A stretch of 64,000 nt of DNA from an uncultured Verrucomicrobiae bacterium (GCA_963812605.1 CAWEWF010000001.1:160001-224000), one strand, 5' to 3'. Shown: positions 39,835 to 51,287, counted from the stretch's first letter. Made by a program: numbers and translations. Notes: a model not told the origin generated them from the sequence alone.

Positions 39835-41407
39835 CAAGGCTGTCAAAGTAGTGTTGAATCGTCTGATGATAGCCGGCGGGGATTTGCTCGGAAACAACCG
39901 CCTCGCTGGCTTGCTGTTTTACTTCGTCAATGGCGTGTTGGAAGTCTTCGTGGGCTTTGCCCGGAGTGGACACGTCGTGGGTTGTCCATTGCAAGAGGAT
40001 CTTGCCGGGTTGTAGCGGCGAGGCAGCTTGCTCGGACTTGTATGCAGCCGTCTGCGATTCGTCACCGTGAGGACGTTTCCCTTCCCCCTGCCCGGGTCCC
40101 AGACCATTGCCTCCTTGACTGACCGAATTGTAGAGCGACTGGTACATGGCGGCGTAGTCACCAAGATTCTTGCAGGAAGCTCCCTGCTTGCCGTCGAGGG
40201 GTTGTAGATCATTGAGACCCCGCGCCAGTTGGAGCGTTTTCAGTGCATCCTCGATTTGTTGCATGTCCTGAACCGCCTGTGCGAGTTGCTGCAGTTCCTG
40301 TTCGGTCAACTGTAATGATTCCGCGACACCTTTGAGGGCGTCCGCGGAGAGAGCGCCAATCCTGGACAGATCCAGTTGTTCGAGAGCACGCTGGACGGCC
40401 GCATTGAGCGCCGGCGAGGCCAGTTGTTGCCCAAGTCCGTCGTTGAGAGCCTGGAGACGACTGGCAATTTCCTGGCGGAGCTTGTCACGGGCCGCTGGGT
40501 CGGACGAGGCGGCGAGTTGTTGCGCCAACTCTTTCAGCTCCTCAAGCTCTTTCTTCACGCTGGACACGTCGCCCTTTTGCAAGTCGTCCTTCCATTGCTG
40601 TAGTTTGGCGGGATCGGTGGCGCCAAACCCCTGGCGTGCCGGTGCCTGCGCCAGAACATTACGGAGCTTCTCATCGTTCATCTGTTTCCACAGTTGACCA
40701 AGTTGCTGTTGCTGGTCGTTAAGTCGGGCAAGATTGGCTTGCTTATTCGCCGGTTTCATTTCGCTGAAAGTTTTCTGCAAATCCGCTACCGCTTGATCGA
40801 CGCGGTTGGAGGTGTCAGCCGCAGGCTTTTGCTGGAGCGCGGCGATACGAAGCGCCGTCGCACGGCGCGCGTCAGCAAGGCGTTCCTGTTGCGCGGACAG
40901 GGCGCGGCGCTTCTCCGCAATGCCGAACGGATCGAACCGTGGCAACCACAGCATCGCAGCAGCAAGACAGGCTCCCACCGCAACGGCGCTGGCGGTTCGT
41001 CGCTGCCATTGGTAGCGCACCACCTGCTTTGGCTGGATCGTTGCGGCGCGCTGTTCGGCATCGGCCAGCACCAGGGGTTTATACCCACCCGACGCCTGAT
41101 CGATCAGGACGGCGGTCAAAAACAAATCTTTCGTCGCCGTCCGTTCATCAATCAATCGTGCGGCCTCGTCTATCGTGGGTCGACGATGCAATATCAGCGT
41201 GCCTCCGAGCGCGACGACTGGTACAGCCAGAACTGTCCATGGCGTAAACCACGTGGAAAACAATCCGAGCAGGCGGGAGAAGCACAAAAGTGTTAGATAC
41301 GCGCTGGTGCTTACGAGGAGTGCTCTATGCAGTCGGGCAAAAAAGAGGGCAAGGCCGATCCGTTGCCCAACCCGTCCCACAAGACGCCGCACCGTGGATG
41401 CCTGCAT
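39803..41407 (-). CDS. membrane-anchored coiled-coil protein
   Basis: TM helices, Q/L/A-rich heptads, C-terminal EQIPAGYHQTIQHYF. Confidence 0.8.
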   Translation of the reverse strand: MQASTVRRLVGRVGQRIGLALFFARLHRALLVSTSAYLTLLCFSRLLGLFSTWFTPWTVLAVPVVALGGTLILHRRPTIDEAARLIDERTATKDLFLTAVLIDQASGGYKPLVLADAEQRAATIQPKQVVRYQWQRRTASAVAVGACLAAAMLWLPRFDPFGIAEKRRALSAQQERLADARRATALRIAALQQKPAADTSNRVDQAVADLQKTFSEMKPANKQANLARLNDQQQQLGQLWKQMNDEKLRNVLAQAPARQGFGATDPAKLQQWKDDLQKGDVSSVKKELEELKELAQQLAASSDPAARDKLRQEIASRLQALNDGLGQQLASPALNAAVQRALEQLDLSRIGALSADALKGVAESLQLTEQELQQLAQAVQDMQQIEDALKTLQLARGLNDLQPLDGKQGASCKNLGDYAAMYQSLYNSVSQGGNGLGPGQGEGKRPHGDESQTAAYKSEQAASPLQPGKILLQWTTHDVSTPGKAHEDFQHAIDEVKQQASEAVVSEQIPAGYHQTIQHYFDSLGENPIPTAKP

Positions 41408-41776
41408 CACACCTAATTCTCGCGCAGGTTGTTGTTTCAATAAAGCACAATCGGGTGAATACATCGTCCCTCAAAGGCTTCTTCCACCCGCCGTTCCTCC
41501 CCGTGTGAAGGGATGACAACGCCGCGCCGGCTGGGCCACCGACAACCCAGTGAGTCTGGCCCAGCACCGCAAGGAATGGCCATAACGCGCCACAAAGAGA
41601 TCAGAATTGCCCATGCTGTCTAATTAGTGAGCAGCGGCAACACGTCATTAACACTCTTTTTGCGGACTGATACCCCCATTTAATTAGCGGGCTGGTTTAT
41701 CGCTCGCTATTGTTGCCGCATGAAAAGTGAACGAATGAATGCGGTCATGGCAACAACCGCGAAAGGGGTTTCCAGT

Positions 41777-41872
41777 ATGAATCTCGCAATCTGGCTGCCA
41801 GCGATGTTTGTGTTGGGCCTTGTGTCGATGGGCCTGTGTTTCTTGTTTCTCAAGGCCTGTGAAAAAATCTGA
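41777..41872 (+). CDS. 31-aa membrane peptide of the kdp locus
   Basis: MNLAIWLPAMFVLGLVSMGLCFLFLKACEKI; SD AAGGGG. Confidence 0.7.
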   Translation: MNLAIWLPAMFVLGLVSMGLCFLFLKACEKI

Positions 41873-41876
41873 GGTG

Positions 41877-41963
41877 ATGACCATGATCTATGTGACCATA
41901 GCAATCTCCGCGTTTCTGTTCATCTATCTGTGGGTGGCCCTGATTCGGCCCGAGTGGTTCTGA
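41877..41963 (+). CDS. kdpF: K+-ATPase subunit F
   Basis: MTMIYVTIAISAFLFIYLWVALIRPEWF (YL..AL.RPE.F signature). Confidence 0.88.
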   Translation: MTMIYVTIAISAFLFIYLWVALIRPEWF

Positions 41964-42000
41964 GCAAACACAACGGCCAACCAAGAAAGGAACGACAACC

Positions 42001-42405
<405 letters not shown>

Positions 42406-42466
42406 CTATTTTGCTGTAGGAAAATGATTGATACCGCAAGGCGAGTGAGCGACAGGCCCCGTTGCC

Positions 42467-42979
42467 CTAATGCTTTTTCTTCGCCAAATAGTCGATGTAC
42501 ATCGTGAGGATCATCGACAACAGGATGGCCAGCGCGAAAACGTAAACGCCGGTTTGGGGTTCGACCTTCGCAAGTGGACCGAGTTTCACCAGCACAATCA
42601 AGATGGCCACCACCAGGACATCCAGCATCGACCATTTGCCCAGGATTCCCAACCAATGAAGCAGTTTCTGGCGTTTTCCCTCCGGCAAACGTACCGCCCA
42701 AATTACCGACAAGGCCACAAACTTGACCACCGGAAACACGATGGAAAAAAAGAACAGAACCAGGGCAAGCACGTATTCCTTGTCGTTGAATAGACCCTTA
42801 ACCCCCGTCACGATCGAATAGTCATTTTGCCAATGTTTCCATAAGATCTGTTTTTCGATTCTCATCAAGGGCAGGCACAAAGCGACCAAGAACGTTCCCA
42901 AGGAAACCAGAATTAGCAGCGGAACCTCGAAATGACGCGGGTAAATACTCATCAAGGATTGTTTTGAGCGGGTCGACAT
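42467..42979 (-). CDS. pqiA: paraquat-inducible protein A family
   Basis: FSIVFPVVK, GKWSMLDVLVVAILI. Confidence 0.85.
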   Translation of the reverse strand: MSTRSKQSLMSIYPRHFEVPLLILVSLGTFLVALCLPLMRIEKQILWKHWQNDYSIVTGVKGLFNDKEYVLALVLFFFSIVFPVVKFVALSVIWAVRLPEGKRQKLLHWLGILGKWSMLDVLVVAILIVLVKLGPLAKVEPQTGVYVFALAILLSMILTMYIDYLAKKKH

Positions 42980-42987
42980 TTGAGATG

Positions 42988-43590
42988 CTACGATTGGGGA
43001 TTTGCGGCGTTTCCTTTCGGAGCGCCACCACGCCCCAGGTAGCCTTCAAGATTTGGGAACAACGCCTGGATATAGGCATTGCGCAACAGATTGCCGATCG
43101 TGGCGAAAAAACCCGCGTCGGGATTGCCAATGTCACCACTGAGGGGAATACGGGTGGCGATCTGGTCTTTGGGTTGATTTTTCAGGATCTCAGCAACACC
43201 CGCCACAATTGTCTCCCAAAGGACTTTGAGCGGGTTTTCCTTCGCTTCTTTCCAGCGCGCTATTTCCAAGTGTTTCAGGATCGGCTTAATGTAACCCTGA
43301 ATTTTTCCGTGCTCAACCTGCATTTCAGGAAAGACGCTGAAAGTTCCCTGGGATGCGTCCACGCCGCCGGATGTCTTCTCGCGTTTAATCTGCTGGATCT
43401 GATACGCGCCGCGGAAGAGGTTGACGTAAAGTCGTCCCACCTGCGCCTGATAACCGGGAATTTTGTTCAACGTACGCAATACGTAGCTGCGAATCGCAAA
43501 CGGAAGAGTGATGTGAGCGATTACCAGAAACAATACAATCCCGCCTATAGTGAAGACCAGTTTCCTGCTCCCCTTCATCTCGCTTCTCAT
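42988..43590 (-). CDS. DUF748-like protein, apparently internally deleted
   Basis: VNLFRGAYQI and GYIKPI..KNQPKDQIATRIP..LRNAYIQAL separated by a very short linker. Confidence 0.65.
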   Translation of the reverse strand: MRSEMKGSRKLVFTIGGIVLFLVIAHITLPFAIRSYVLRTLNKIPGYQAQVGRLYVNLFRGAYQIQQIKREKTSGGVDASQGTFSVFPEMQVEHGKIQGYIKPILKHLEIARWKEAKENPLKVLWETIVAGVAEILKNQPKDQIATRIPLSGDIGNPDAGFFATIGNLLRNAYIQALFPNLEGYLGRGGAPKGNAANPQS

Positions 43591-44173
43591 TTCTTTTTAG
43601 AGGACATCAGCGTTGTCAATTACCCGGCGACACGGCAATGCCGATGATCCCGTCGCGTCCCGTCATGGCAATGCCTTTTACGCGGGTGCCTCCCAACCGC
43701 AAAAAGCATGGTCCATTGCAGATCCGGGACGAGGGAATTCTCAATACCACCATGTAGGTACCGGGAAAGTCCCCTTCAATTGCGGTCACGAACTCTCCAC
43801 GAATCGTTTCGTTGTGGAAATCGAAGGAAAGTCCCTTGTGGCTATACCGCCGCTTTATTTCTTCAATCTGTTCACGCGCTTGCTCGAGGCGGTAGGCGCA
43901 CGTTTCGGGATCGTCGAATCGTGAAGCGAACATGCTTAATCGGTCGGACCAACTGAGCAACATGATGTGCAGATGTTTCATCGTCGGGCTCCTTTCCAAC
44001 CAAAGCATACGTCCGCAGCAATATCTCGGCTACGGGCGAATCTTCTGGTTGTGGAGTGGGTGAAACTCCTACTGGCGATGAGCCAACGTCCGAATCAAAT
44101 CCTTCGCGCTGGCGCTTTCACCGGCTTCCTCATGGACGCCTTCAATCAAAACATCTGCAGCTATTGTTTCATT

Positions 44174-44401
44174 TCAATGTCGGCCGCCTTTGCGGCCACC
44201 CTTGCGCGAGGGCGCTTTGTTTGGCTTCTTCCCGCGACCCGATCCGCCCTTCTTGCCACCGCGATCCGTTTTGTTGACGGTTGCCCAGGCGCGCCGTTCG
44301 GCTTCTTTCGTGCTGACGCCCCGTTTTTCGTAGCCTTCCTCAATGTGTTCTGCTTTGCGCTTTTGTTTTCGCGTGTATTTCGATTTGTCACCACGAGGCA
44401 T
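44174..44401 (-). CDS. small basic MPRGDKS-family protein
   Basis: MPRGDKSKYTRKQKRKAEHIEEGYE..EAERRAWATVNK; SD GGGAG. Confidence 0.8.
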   Translation of the reverse strand: MPRGDKSKYTRKQKRKAEHIEEGYEKRGVSTKEAERRAWATVNKTDRGGKKGGSGRGKKPNKAPSRKGGRKGGRH

Positions 44402-44797
44402 GGTCGTTCTCCCTAGCAGAGACGAAATGAATGTCCGGAATGTTGATCGCGGTTTAATTCGGAAATATGTTGTCGGTCGATTAATCTTTTGAAGGAGCCG
44501 AGGCATGGACCAATTCGAACTCTTTCACTTTGGCTCGGGTGATCCGTTGCATCAATGAAGGGCCGACGACCGCGTAACAAATGGGTCCGAGTCCCTTGAG
44601 TGCGGTGTCATGGCATTTGCAGGTTTGGATTCGACCGGTTTGTCAGGGTTGGATTGTTGTACCCGTGATTGACGGCGTTTGTCTCGATTGTGTCATTCAG
44701 ATTCGAAATGCAGTTCTGATACATCGGCGGAGCGTCGTATCGTGCTCGTCAGTGAGGTTTGATTCGTTCCCTGTGTGTCCCTGGAACGCGATGTGAT

Positions 44798-45340
44798 TTA
44801 GTTGGAGCGCGCTTCGCCGTTGCCGTTCGTGCCGTTGTGATGGGGGATGGCGACGCTCATGGGCGAGGACTCATGAACAAGCTTGTGGGCAATGCGGGCG
44901 ATCTTTTTGCGGTGTTTGATCACCGCCGGGTGGGTGATGCCGACCTCGCGGCCGGTTTCACGCACGCCACAACCTTTCATTAGCAGGAAGAGGATTTGTT
45001 GCTGCATATCGGAAAGTTGTGGAAGAATGCGATTAGCGATCTCGTTGGTGATCCGTTCGCCCTGGATTTCGATGGAAAGAGCCGGCGAAGCGTCTGGAAC
45101 GCCGTTGTGGCCGGGAGGTTCGCGTTTCAGGGAATCGATGCCGCGGCCGGGCTTGAGGTAGTTGCGCGCGTGAAATTCACAGCTCCTCAGATACCAGCCC
45201 AATGTCTGGTCGACTTCGGCCGTTTGGATGCGGACAAGATGCACAAACATTTCCTGCATCAGGTCCTTCTGAAGATCCGGATCGGCAGTCAGTTTTCCTG
45301 CGATCTCATGCAATTGACGAACGATATGATTCTCAGTCAT
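44798..45340 (-). CDS. atypical sigma70/ECF-like regulator
   Basis: DLQKDLMQEMFVHL region-2-like; C-terminal HTH GVRETGREVGITHPAVIKHRKKI. Confidence 0.6.
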   Translation of the reverse strand: MTENHIVRQLHEIAGKLTADPDLQKDLMQEMFVHLVRIQTAEVDQTLGWYLRSCEFHARNYLKPGRGIDSLKREPPGHNGVPDASPALSIEIQGERITNEIANRILPQLSDMQQQILFLLMKGCGVRETGREVGITHPAVIKHRKKIARIAHKLVHESSPMSVAIPHHNGTNGNGEARSN

Positions 45341-45917
45341 AGTCAACACCCTGCCTAACTCGCTTTTGGTTTGATGAACGATAACAGGCTGGACGGCACC
45401 CCGGTCTCCAACCCTTACCTTAACTCCGCACCTCTCCAAGTGACTCAACTACGGTATAAACAATATCTTGGTTAGCGCCAGCCATGCCAAGAAAAATTAG
45501 GGTTTGGGGGTGGTTACCTACTGGGAAATGTAACCAACGGTCGTGGTGGAGGTTGCAATCCTGCGTCACAGGCCAACTATTTTTCCGGGACTGAATTCCA
45601 AGCCCAGCCAGGTTGGGCGAGTGTTCACTGGACTTTACACTTTGAACACCGGTGTCCAGTTGTAGTGGACACCGGAAATGTTCAGTTAATCGAACACTAG
45701 TAACCGCCAAGAGTAACCACTGCCAGAGAGCGAGCGCAATGATTTCTTCCGAGGCATGAAATGAGTACAGGATTCTTGCAGAGGGCACGACGCGAGGAAA
45801 CAGAAAGTGCTGGTGGCCGCCAATGGGCGCGAAGCCTTGAACAGCAGCAATCTTGAACGACAGCAATAAGGACTGAAGCGAACGTTACTCTTTTCCCGGC
45901 GTCCAATGGAAAGCGGA

Positions 45918-46727
45918 TCAGGACGCGGAGGCGAGGGCTGAGAAGGCCGCGCGGTCCATCCACTCGTCCAGCACATGATTGAACTTGTCCGGCTGCTCGA
46001 AGGCGACGAGATGGCCCGCATGCGGAATGATATTCAACTGGCTGCCCGGAATCGCCTGGGCCAGTTTCTCTGATTCCGTCGCTGGAATGAGCGTATCATC
46101 AGCGCCGGTAAGAACCAAGGTCGGCACGGAAATCCGGGTCAACTCCGCCGTCGCATCCGGTCGCTCGGCCATCCCCAGCAACGCGCCGATGACTCCCGCG
46201 GGTTTGGACGATGCCATGAGCCCGCGCACCTGCTCCAGCATGGTCCGATCGTGATTCTCCGGCGCGAGCATCTTGGGCGCCATTGTCTCAATAACAACCT
46301 CCACGCCTTTGGCTCGCACCTTCTCGGCGGTTGCGCGTCGCCCGGCAGCCGCTTCCGGGGTATCTTTGCCCGCCTTCGTGCCGACCAATACGAGACCGCG
46401 TACCATCTGGGGATATTGCCGTAGGAAAGCAAAAGACACGTAGCCACCCATGGAATGGCCGATCAACACCGCCGGCCCGGTAGCGAGCTGTTGGAGCATT
46501 GCGTGGAGATCGTCGGCGTATTGCGCCATCGTGACCGGCCCGGTCCCGGCCTGGCTTTCACCGAAGCCGCGGAGATCGGGCGCGATGACCCGATAGGGTG
46601 ATCGGAACTCATCGATCTGCTTCTGCCATGCGCCGCGACTGAGCGGAAATCCATGCACGAAGAGCAGCGGCACACCCCGCCCCACGTCCGTGTAACCAAT
46701 AGTGACATCGTTCATGGTCATTTGCAT
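45918..46727 (-). CDS. alpha/beta hydrolase
   Basis: HGFP, DLRGFG, GHSMGG, AGHL. Confidence 0.95.
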   Translation of the reverse strand: MQMTMNDVTIGYTDVGRGVPLLFVHGFPLSRGAWQKQIDEFRSPYRVIAPDLRGFGESQAGTGPVTMAQYADDLHAMLQQLATGPAVLIGHSMGGYVSFAFLRQYPQMVRGLVLVGTKAGKDTPEAAAGRRATAEKVRAKGVEVVIETMAPKMLAPENHDRTMLEQVRGLMASSKPAGVIGALLGMAERPDATAELTRISVPTLVLTGADDTLIPATESEKLAQAIPGSQLNIIPHAGHLVAFEQPDKFNHVLDEWMDRAAFSALASAS

Positions 46728-46802
46728 GATGGATTCCTTTACGGTTGGCGATCAACCAGCCTTGTGGCGGCATTTGAGGCTCGCACCCAACGGCGAAACC
46801 GA

Positions 46803-47084
46803 CTACGCGTGCTTCTGGTGCTTGGCGCGCTCTTCCCGCATGGCTTCCTTGCCGGCTTCGACGGCTGCGGCGATTTCCGCCTTCTTGCCCTCGATGTAGT
46901 CCTTGGCATCCTCGATGGCGTCGTGCGCTTTGCCCTTGTATTCCCTGCCCTTGGAGGCGATCAGCTTTCGCGTTTCCTCGCCTGACTGTGGTGCGTAGAG
47001 CAGGGCGAGCGTTGCCCCAGCGAGGGCGCCCACGGCGAACGCTGTCAATATGGTACCGACCGAACCTGAATTGTTCTCAGACAT
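46803..47084 (-). CDS. YtxH-domain protein
   Basis: GALAGATLALLYAPQSGEETR. Confidence 0.9.
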   Translation of the reverse strand: MSENNSGSVGTILTAFAVGALAGATLALLYAPQSGEETRKLIASKGREYKGKAHDAIEDAKDYIEGKKAEIAAAVEAGKEAMREERAKHQKHA

Positions 47085-47505
47085 GATCTGACTCCTTCGT
47101 TGTTGGGTTGTGCTGATTTCGGTGTGACAAAAACTGCAAAAAAGCGGCGATTCCCGTGCGGAAAAGATTCACATTTCGCACGAGTGAATGCACCGGCGGC
47201 TCCACGACCGAACCAATCTCATCCACAATTTTGTCAGCCCGCTTCGCCCATTGCCGGGCGGTTTGAACCACCTGGTCCACTTCATCCAGTTGTTGGTGGG
47301 CCCGCTTCGAGAGGTCCGTTACGTTTCGCACCATCGTATGGCTGTCTGCTGCGAGCGCTTCAAGTTTTTCCTTCAATTCCCCAACGGTGTTCACCAGTTG
47401 CTCCAGCTTGCGCCGCAAATGGAAGGCGACGGGGATGATGCAAAGCGCCAGGACAACGAAGGTGAGAGAAGCAATGAAAAGGGCTACCTGTAGTGCAGTC
47501 GACAT
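47077..47505 (-). CDS. DUF948/YoxC-like protein
   Basis: N-terminal TM plus coiled coil, upstream of ytxH. Confidence 0.75.
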   Translation of the reverse strand: MSTALQVALFIASLTFVVLALCIIPVAFHLRRKLEQLVNTVGELKEKLEALAADSHTMVRNVTDLSKRAHQQLDEVDQVVQTARQWAKRADKIVDEIGSVVEPPVHSLVRNVNLFRTGIAAFLQFLSHRNQHNPTTKESDHV

Positions 47506-47797
47506 TAATAGTACCTCGCCCCTAAACTACAGCCCTCTCCCTCGCGTCGCAACAGATTATTGAGGTCACGCTTGCATGGATCATCACCAGCACGGTACGG
47601 CCTGGGTTGACTCGCGACCATGGGGCAAAACCCTACCAACGATTCCGGCCGGTCGCATTGCGCCCCACGGACCGACTCGAGCGACTACCAGATCCGTCGC
47701 TTGAGATAAGGGCATCGAAACCCTTGTTGCGAGCGCAAGGATTTGGCATAGAATGAACCGATGAAACGAACGTCGACAAGATGACCCGCAGTGACTC

Positions 47798-48697
47798 ATG
47801 AATTGGAATCCCCTGAATCTTACGGTCCGAGTTGGTTGCCATCTTGCCTACGAGACCTCGGTGCCGACCCCGGCGTTTTTCGTGCTGAAACCGCGGCTCG
47901 AAGGCAAGGTTCTCGTGTACCAGGAGAAACTTTCGTTCGGGATCGGTCTGCCCTCCTATGAATTCCAGGATTCTTACGGCAATATCACCTGCCGCTCGAT
48001 GCTCATGCCGGGGCGCAACGACATCCGTCACGATGCCCTGGTCGCCGTTTCTTCCCTGCCCGACAGCCGCGAAGGAGCAGTGGACGCCGTTCCAGTGGCC
48101 CAACTGCCTACGGAGTTGTTGCGCTACACGCTGCCCAGCCGCTATTGCGATTCCGATAAGCTGCTGAATTTCGCCTGGAACCTTTTCGGGCCGGTCCCCC
48201 ACGGTCTCGCGCGGGTACAGGCCATCTGCGATTGGATCCACGCCAACATCGAATACCGCTTCGGCTCCGGGCGCACGGACCTCTCGGCCGCGGAGGTGAT
48301 CGAACGGCGTTACGGCGTCTGTCGCGACTTCGCCCACGTGGCCATCGCGTTGTGCCGCGCCTTCAATTTGCCCGCCCGCTACGTGACGGGACATTTGCCG
48401 GACATTGCGTATGTCGATCCGGGCGTGCCGATGGATTTTCATGGTTATTGCGAAGTTTACCTGGGTCGGGAGTGGTTCACCTTTGACCCGCGTTACAACG
48501 TCCCGCGCATTGGCCGCGTCAAGGTCGCCCACGGTTTGGATGCCGTGGATGGCGCATTTGGGACCATCTATGGCGAGGCCAAGCTTACTTATTTTGAAAT
48601 CTGGGCCTATCAGGTGAACCCCGAGGAGGTTTCCGTTGGCGATCCCATCGATTTGTCCAAACGCCTCGACGGCACCACGACGCTGCGTTTGCGTTAG
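47798..48697 (+). CDS. transglutaminase-like protein
   Basis: PSRYCDSD, GVCRDFAH, MDFH, WFTFD. Confidence 0.92.
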   Translation: MNWNPLNLTVRVGCHLAYETSVPTPAFFVLKPRLEGKVLVYQEKLSFGIGLPSYEFQDSYGNITCRSMLMPGRNDIRHDALVAVSSLPDSREGAVDAVPVAQLPTELLRYTLPSRYCDSDKLLNFAWNLFGPVPHGLARVQAICDWIHANIEYRFGSGRTDLSAAEVIERRYGVCRDFAHVAIALCRAFNLPARYVTGHLPDIAYVDPGVPMDFHGYCEVYLGREWFTFDPRYNVPRIGRVKVAHGLDAVDGAFGTIYGEAKLTYFEIWAYQVNPEEVSVGDPIDLSKRLDGTTTLRLR

Positions 48698-48739
48698 CAC
48701 CGCGCTTGACTGATGGGCGCATCCAGGTAGGGTTTGTTC

Positions 48740-49705
48740 ATGGCCGTTGAATTCAAAGACTACTACGACGTTCTCGGCGTGCCCCGCAACGCCAGCGACG
48801 CGGAAATCAAGAAGGCCTTCCGCACGTTGGCCCGCAAATATCACCCGGACGTTGCCAAGGACAAAACCACCGCCGAGGAAAAGTTCAAGGAAATCAACGA
48901 GGCCAATGAAGTCCTGAGCGACCCGGAGAAACGGCGCAAGTATGATGAGCTGGGCGCGAACTGGAACCGTCCGGAATGGCAACAGCCGCCGCCACAGGGC
49001 GGATTCGGCGGAGGTTTTGAACAGGGTTCTGAATTTCATTTTGACGGCACGGGTTTCAGCGATTTCTTCGAGCAGTTTTTCGGCAGTCGCGGTCGCCCAT
49101 TCGGTGGTTTCGGTCGGGAAAACGGCGGGGACGGCGAGGCCTTCGCGCAGCGCGGCCAGGACATCGAGGGTGACATCCTGGTGACGCTCGACGAAGCGCT
49201 GCACGGTTCGTCGCGAACGATCCGGCTGCAGCGCACCGATCCGCATACCGGACAATCGACCACGCAGACCTTGCGCGTAAAAATCCCCCCGGCGTCCGGG
49301 AAGCGCCAGCTCATCCGGGTCGCAGGCAAAGGCCAGGAGGGCTCCGGCGGTGGCGCTGCGGGCAACCTGTATCTGCGGGTAAAATTTGCCCAGCATCCCG
49401 ATTTCCGCGTGCGCGGCGCTGACCTGTATCATGATTTGGAACTGGCCCCGTGGGAAGCGGTACTCGGCGCCACCGTCCACATACCAACCCTCGATGGAAC
49501 GGTGTCGATGAAGATTCCGCCAGGCACCGTGGCCGAGAAACAATTCCGTTTGCGCGGCAAGGGCCTGCCCATGGGCAACGGCACGCGTGGCGACCTGTAT
49601 GCCATGGTGTCTATCCAGGTCCCGCCGCAGCTCACGACGGAACAAAAAAACCTGTGGGAGCAGTTGGCCGCAAAATCGAGATTCAACCCGAGGAAGAGCC
49701 CATGA
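48740..49705 (+). CDS. cbpA: DnaJ class B co-chaperone
   Basis: J domain HPD, G/F region, no Zn finger; compensated indel pair near 49285-49305. Confidence 0.9.
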   Translation: MAVEFKDYYDVLGVPRNASDAEIKKAFRTLARKYHPDVAKDKTTAEEKFKEINEANEVLSDPEKRRKYDELGANWNRPEWQQPPPQGGFGGGFEQGSEFHFDGTGFSDFFEQFFGSRGRPFGGFGRENGGDGEAFAQRGQDIEGDILVTLDEALHGSSRTIRLQRTDPHTGQSTTQTLRVKIPPASGKRQLIRVAGKGQEGSGGGAAGNLYLRVKFAQHPDFRVRGADLYHDLELAPWEAVLGATVHIPTLDGTVSMKIPPGTVAEKQFRLRGKGLPMGNGTRGDLYAMVSIQVPPQLTTEQKNLWEQLAAKSRFNPRKSP

Positions 49706-50040
49706 GTAAACGCTCTGTTCGGGACATTCCCCCACCCGAGGCCCTGGAGTTGTTCCAATCGAAGCCGAACGTGCTGTACAGCCTCGACGACGCCGCTCAT
49801 CTCGCGGGCGTCCCGCGCCGTTCCATTCTCGTCTATTGCCGCGCCGGGCTTGTCCGACCCGTTTTTCAACCGCCGTACGGAATGATGGAATTCACCGAAG
49901 AATCGATCCACATCGTGCGGCGGATCGAACAGTTGCAGACTGTTCACGGCATCGACCTCGCCTGGGTCAAAACCATGTTCGACCTGATCGAGGAAGTTGA
50001 CCGCCTGCGCGCCGAGCTGAGCTTTTTGCGCAACCAGTAA
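49702..50040 (+). CDS. CbpM/MerR-like chaperone modulator
   Basis: ATGA overlap with cbpA; [28 protein letters not shown]. Confidence 0.8.
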   Translation: MSKRSVRDIPPPEALELFQSKPNVLYSLDDAAHLAGVPRRSILVYCRAGLVRPVFQPPYGMMEFTEESIHIVRRIEQLQTVHGIDLAWVKTMFDLIEEVDRLRAELSFLRNQ

Positions 50041-50070
50041 GAAAGCAGGCCCGCACAAGACTTGTACCGT

Positions 50071-51276
50071 ATGGCCAAGAAACCTGATCAAGCCAGCATC
50101 CTGGCAATCAATGGCGGCTCGTCGAGCATCAAGTTCGTCCTCTATCAGGTCGGTGAACCACTGGAGCGGAGGCTTTCTGGGAAAGTGGATCGCATCGGCC
50201 TGAGCGGAACAAACCTGACGTTTCACGACTCGACCGGGAAACCACAGAAAAGTCGCAGCATCACCGCTTCCAATCACAAGTCGGCGGCGAAATCCCTGAT
50301 TGATTGGCTCGAAGAACAGATAACTTTCGCTTCGGTCCGGGCCGTGGGACACCGCGTCGTGCATGGCATGACGCATACCGAGCCGGAGCGAGTCACGCCA
50401 AAACTGCTCAAGGAATTGCATCGCATCACCCCGTACGACCCGGATCATCTGCCACGCCAGATCGAGCTGATCAAGCTCTTTAGACAGCGTCATCCGAAAC
50501 TGCCCCAGGTCGCGTGCTTCGATACTGCGTTTCACCGCACCATGCCGCGCGTCGCCAGAATATTGTCGATCCCGCGTCACTACGAGGCGAAGGGTGTCCG
50601 GCGCTACGGCTTCCACGGCCTGTCCTACGCCTATCTGCTGGAAGAACTCGCCCGCCTCGGCGACCCGGCGGCAACCAGGGGTCGCGTGATCCTGGCGCAT
50701 CTCGGCAATGGCGCCAGCCTGGCCGCCGTGCGCGATGGCAAAAGCATCGACACCAGCATGGGTTTTACGCCGACAGCGGGCTTGGTGATGAGCACTCGTT
50801 CCGGCGACCTGGACCCGGGACTCCTTGCGTTTCTCGCGCGCACCGAGCGAATGACCCCATCGCAATTTGGCCAGATGGTGAACCACCAGTCCGGACTGCT
50901 CGGCGTTTCGGAGATCAGTTCCGACATGCGCGACCTGCTTGCCCAGGAAGCCGCCGATGTGCGGGCGGCGGAAGCCGTGGCGCTGTTCTGCTATCAGGCG
51001 AAAAAGTGGATCGGCTCCTTCGCCGCCGCGCTCGGCGGAGTGGATACGCTCGTTTTCGCCGGTGGCATTGGTGAAAATGTGGCAATCATTCGTGCGCGCA
51101 TCTGCAAGGAGTTGGGTTTTCTCGGTATCGAATTGCAAACGGCGCGCAATACGAAGAACGCGGCGGTGATTTCCACGGATGCCAGCCCGGCCACCGTTCG
51201 CGTCATCCGCACGGACGAAGAACTGATGATTGCGCGCTCGGTATGCCGCCTTCTCAAACTCGGCGCGGGCGGCTGA
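50071..51276 (+). CDS. ackA: acetate kinase
   Basis: INGGSSSIK, GHRVVHG, FDTAFH, HLGNGAS, GGIGEN, TDEE. Confidence 0.95.
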   Translation: MAKKPDQASILAINGGSSSIKFVLYQVGEPLERRLSGKVDRIGLSGTNLTFHDSTGKPQKSRSITASNHKSAAKSLIDWLEEQITFASVRAVGHRVVHGMTHTEPERVTPKLLKELHRITPYDPDHLPRQIELIKLFRQRHPKLPQVACFDTAFHRTMPRVARILSIPRHYEAKGVRRYGFHGLSYAYLLEELARLGDPAATRGRVILAHLGNGASLAAVRDGKSIDTSMGFTPTAGLVMSTRSGDLDPGLLAFLARTERMTPSQFGQMVNHQSGLLGVSEISSDMRDLLAQEAADVRAAEAVALFCYQAKKWIGSFAAALGGVDTLVFAGGIGENVAIIRARICKELGFLGIELQTARNTKNAAVISTDASPATVRVIRTDEELMIARSVCRLLKLGAGG

Positions 51277-51287
51277 AAGAATTCCAA

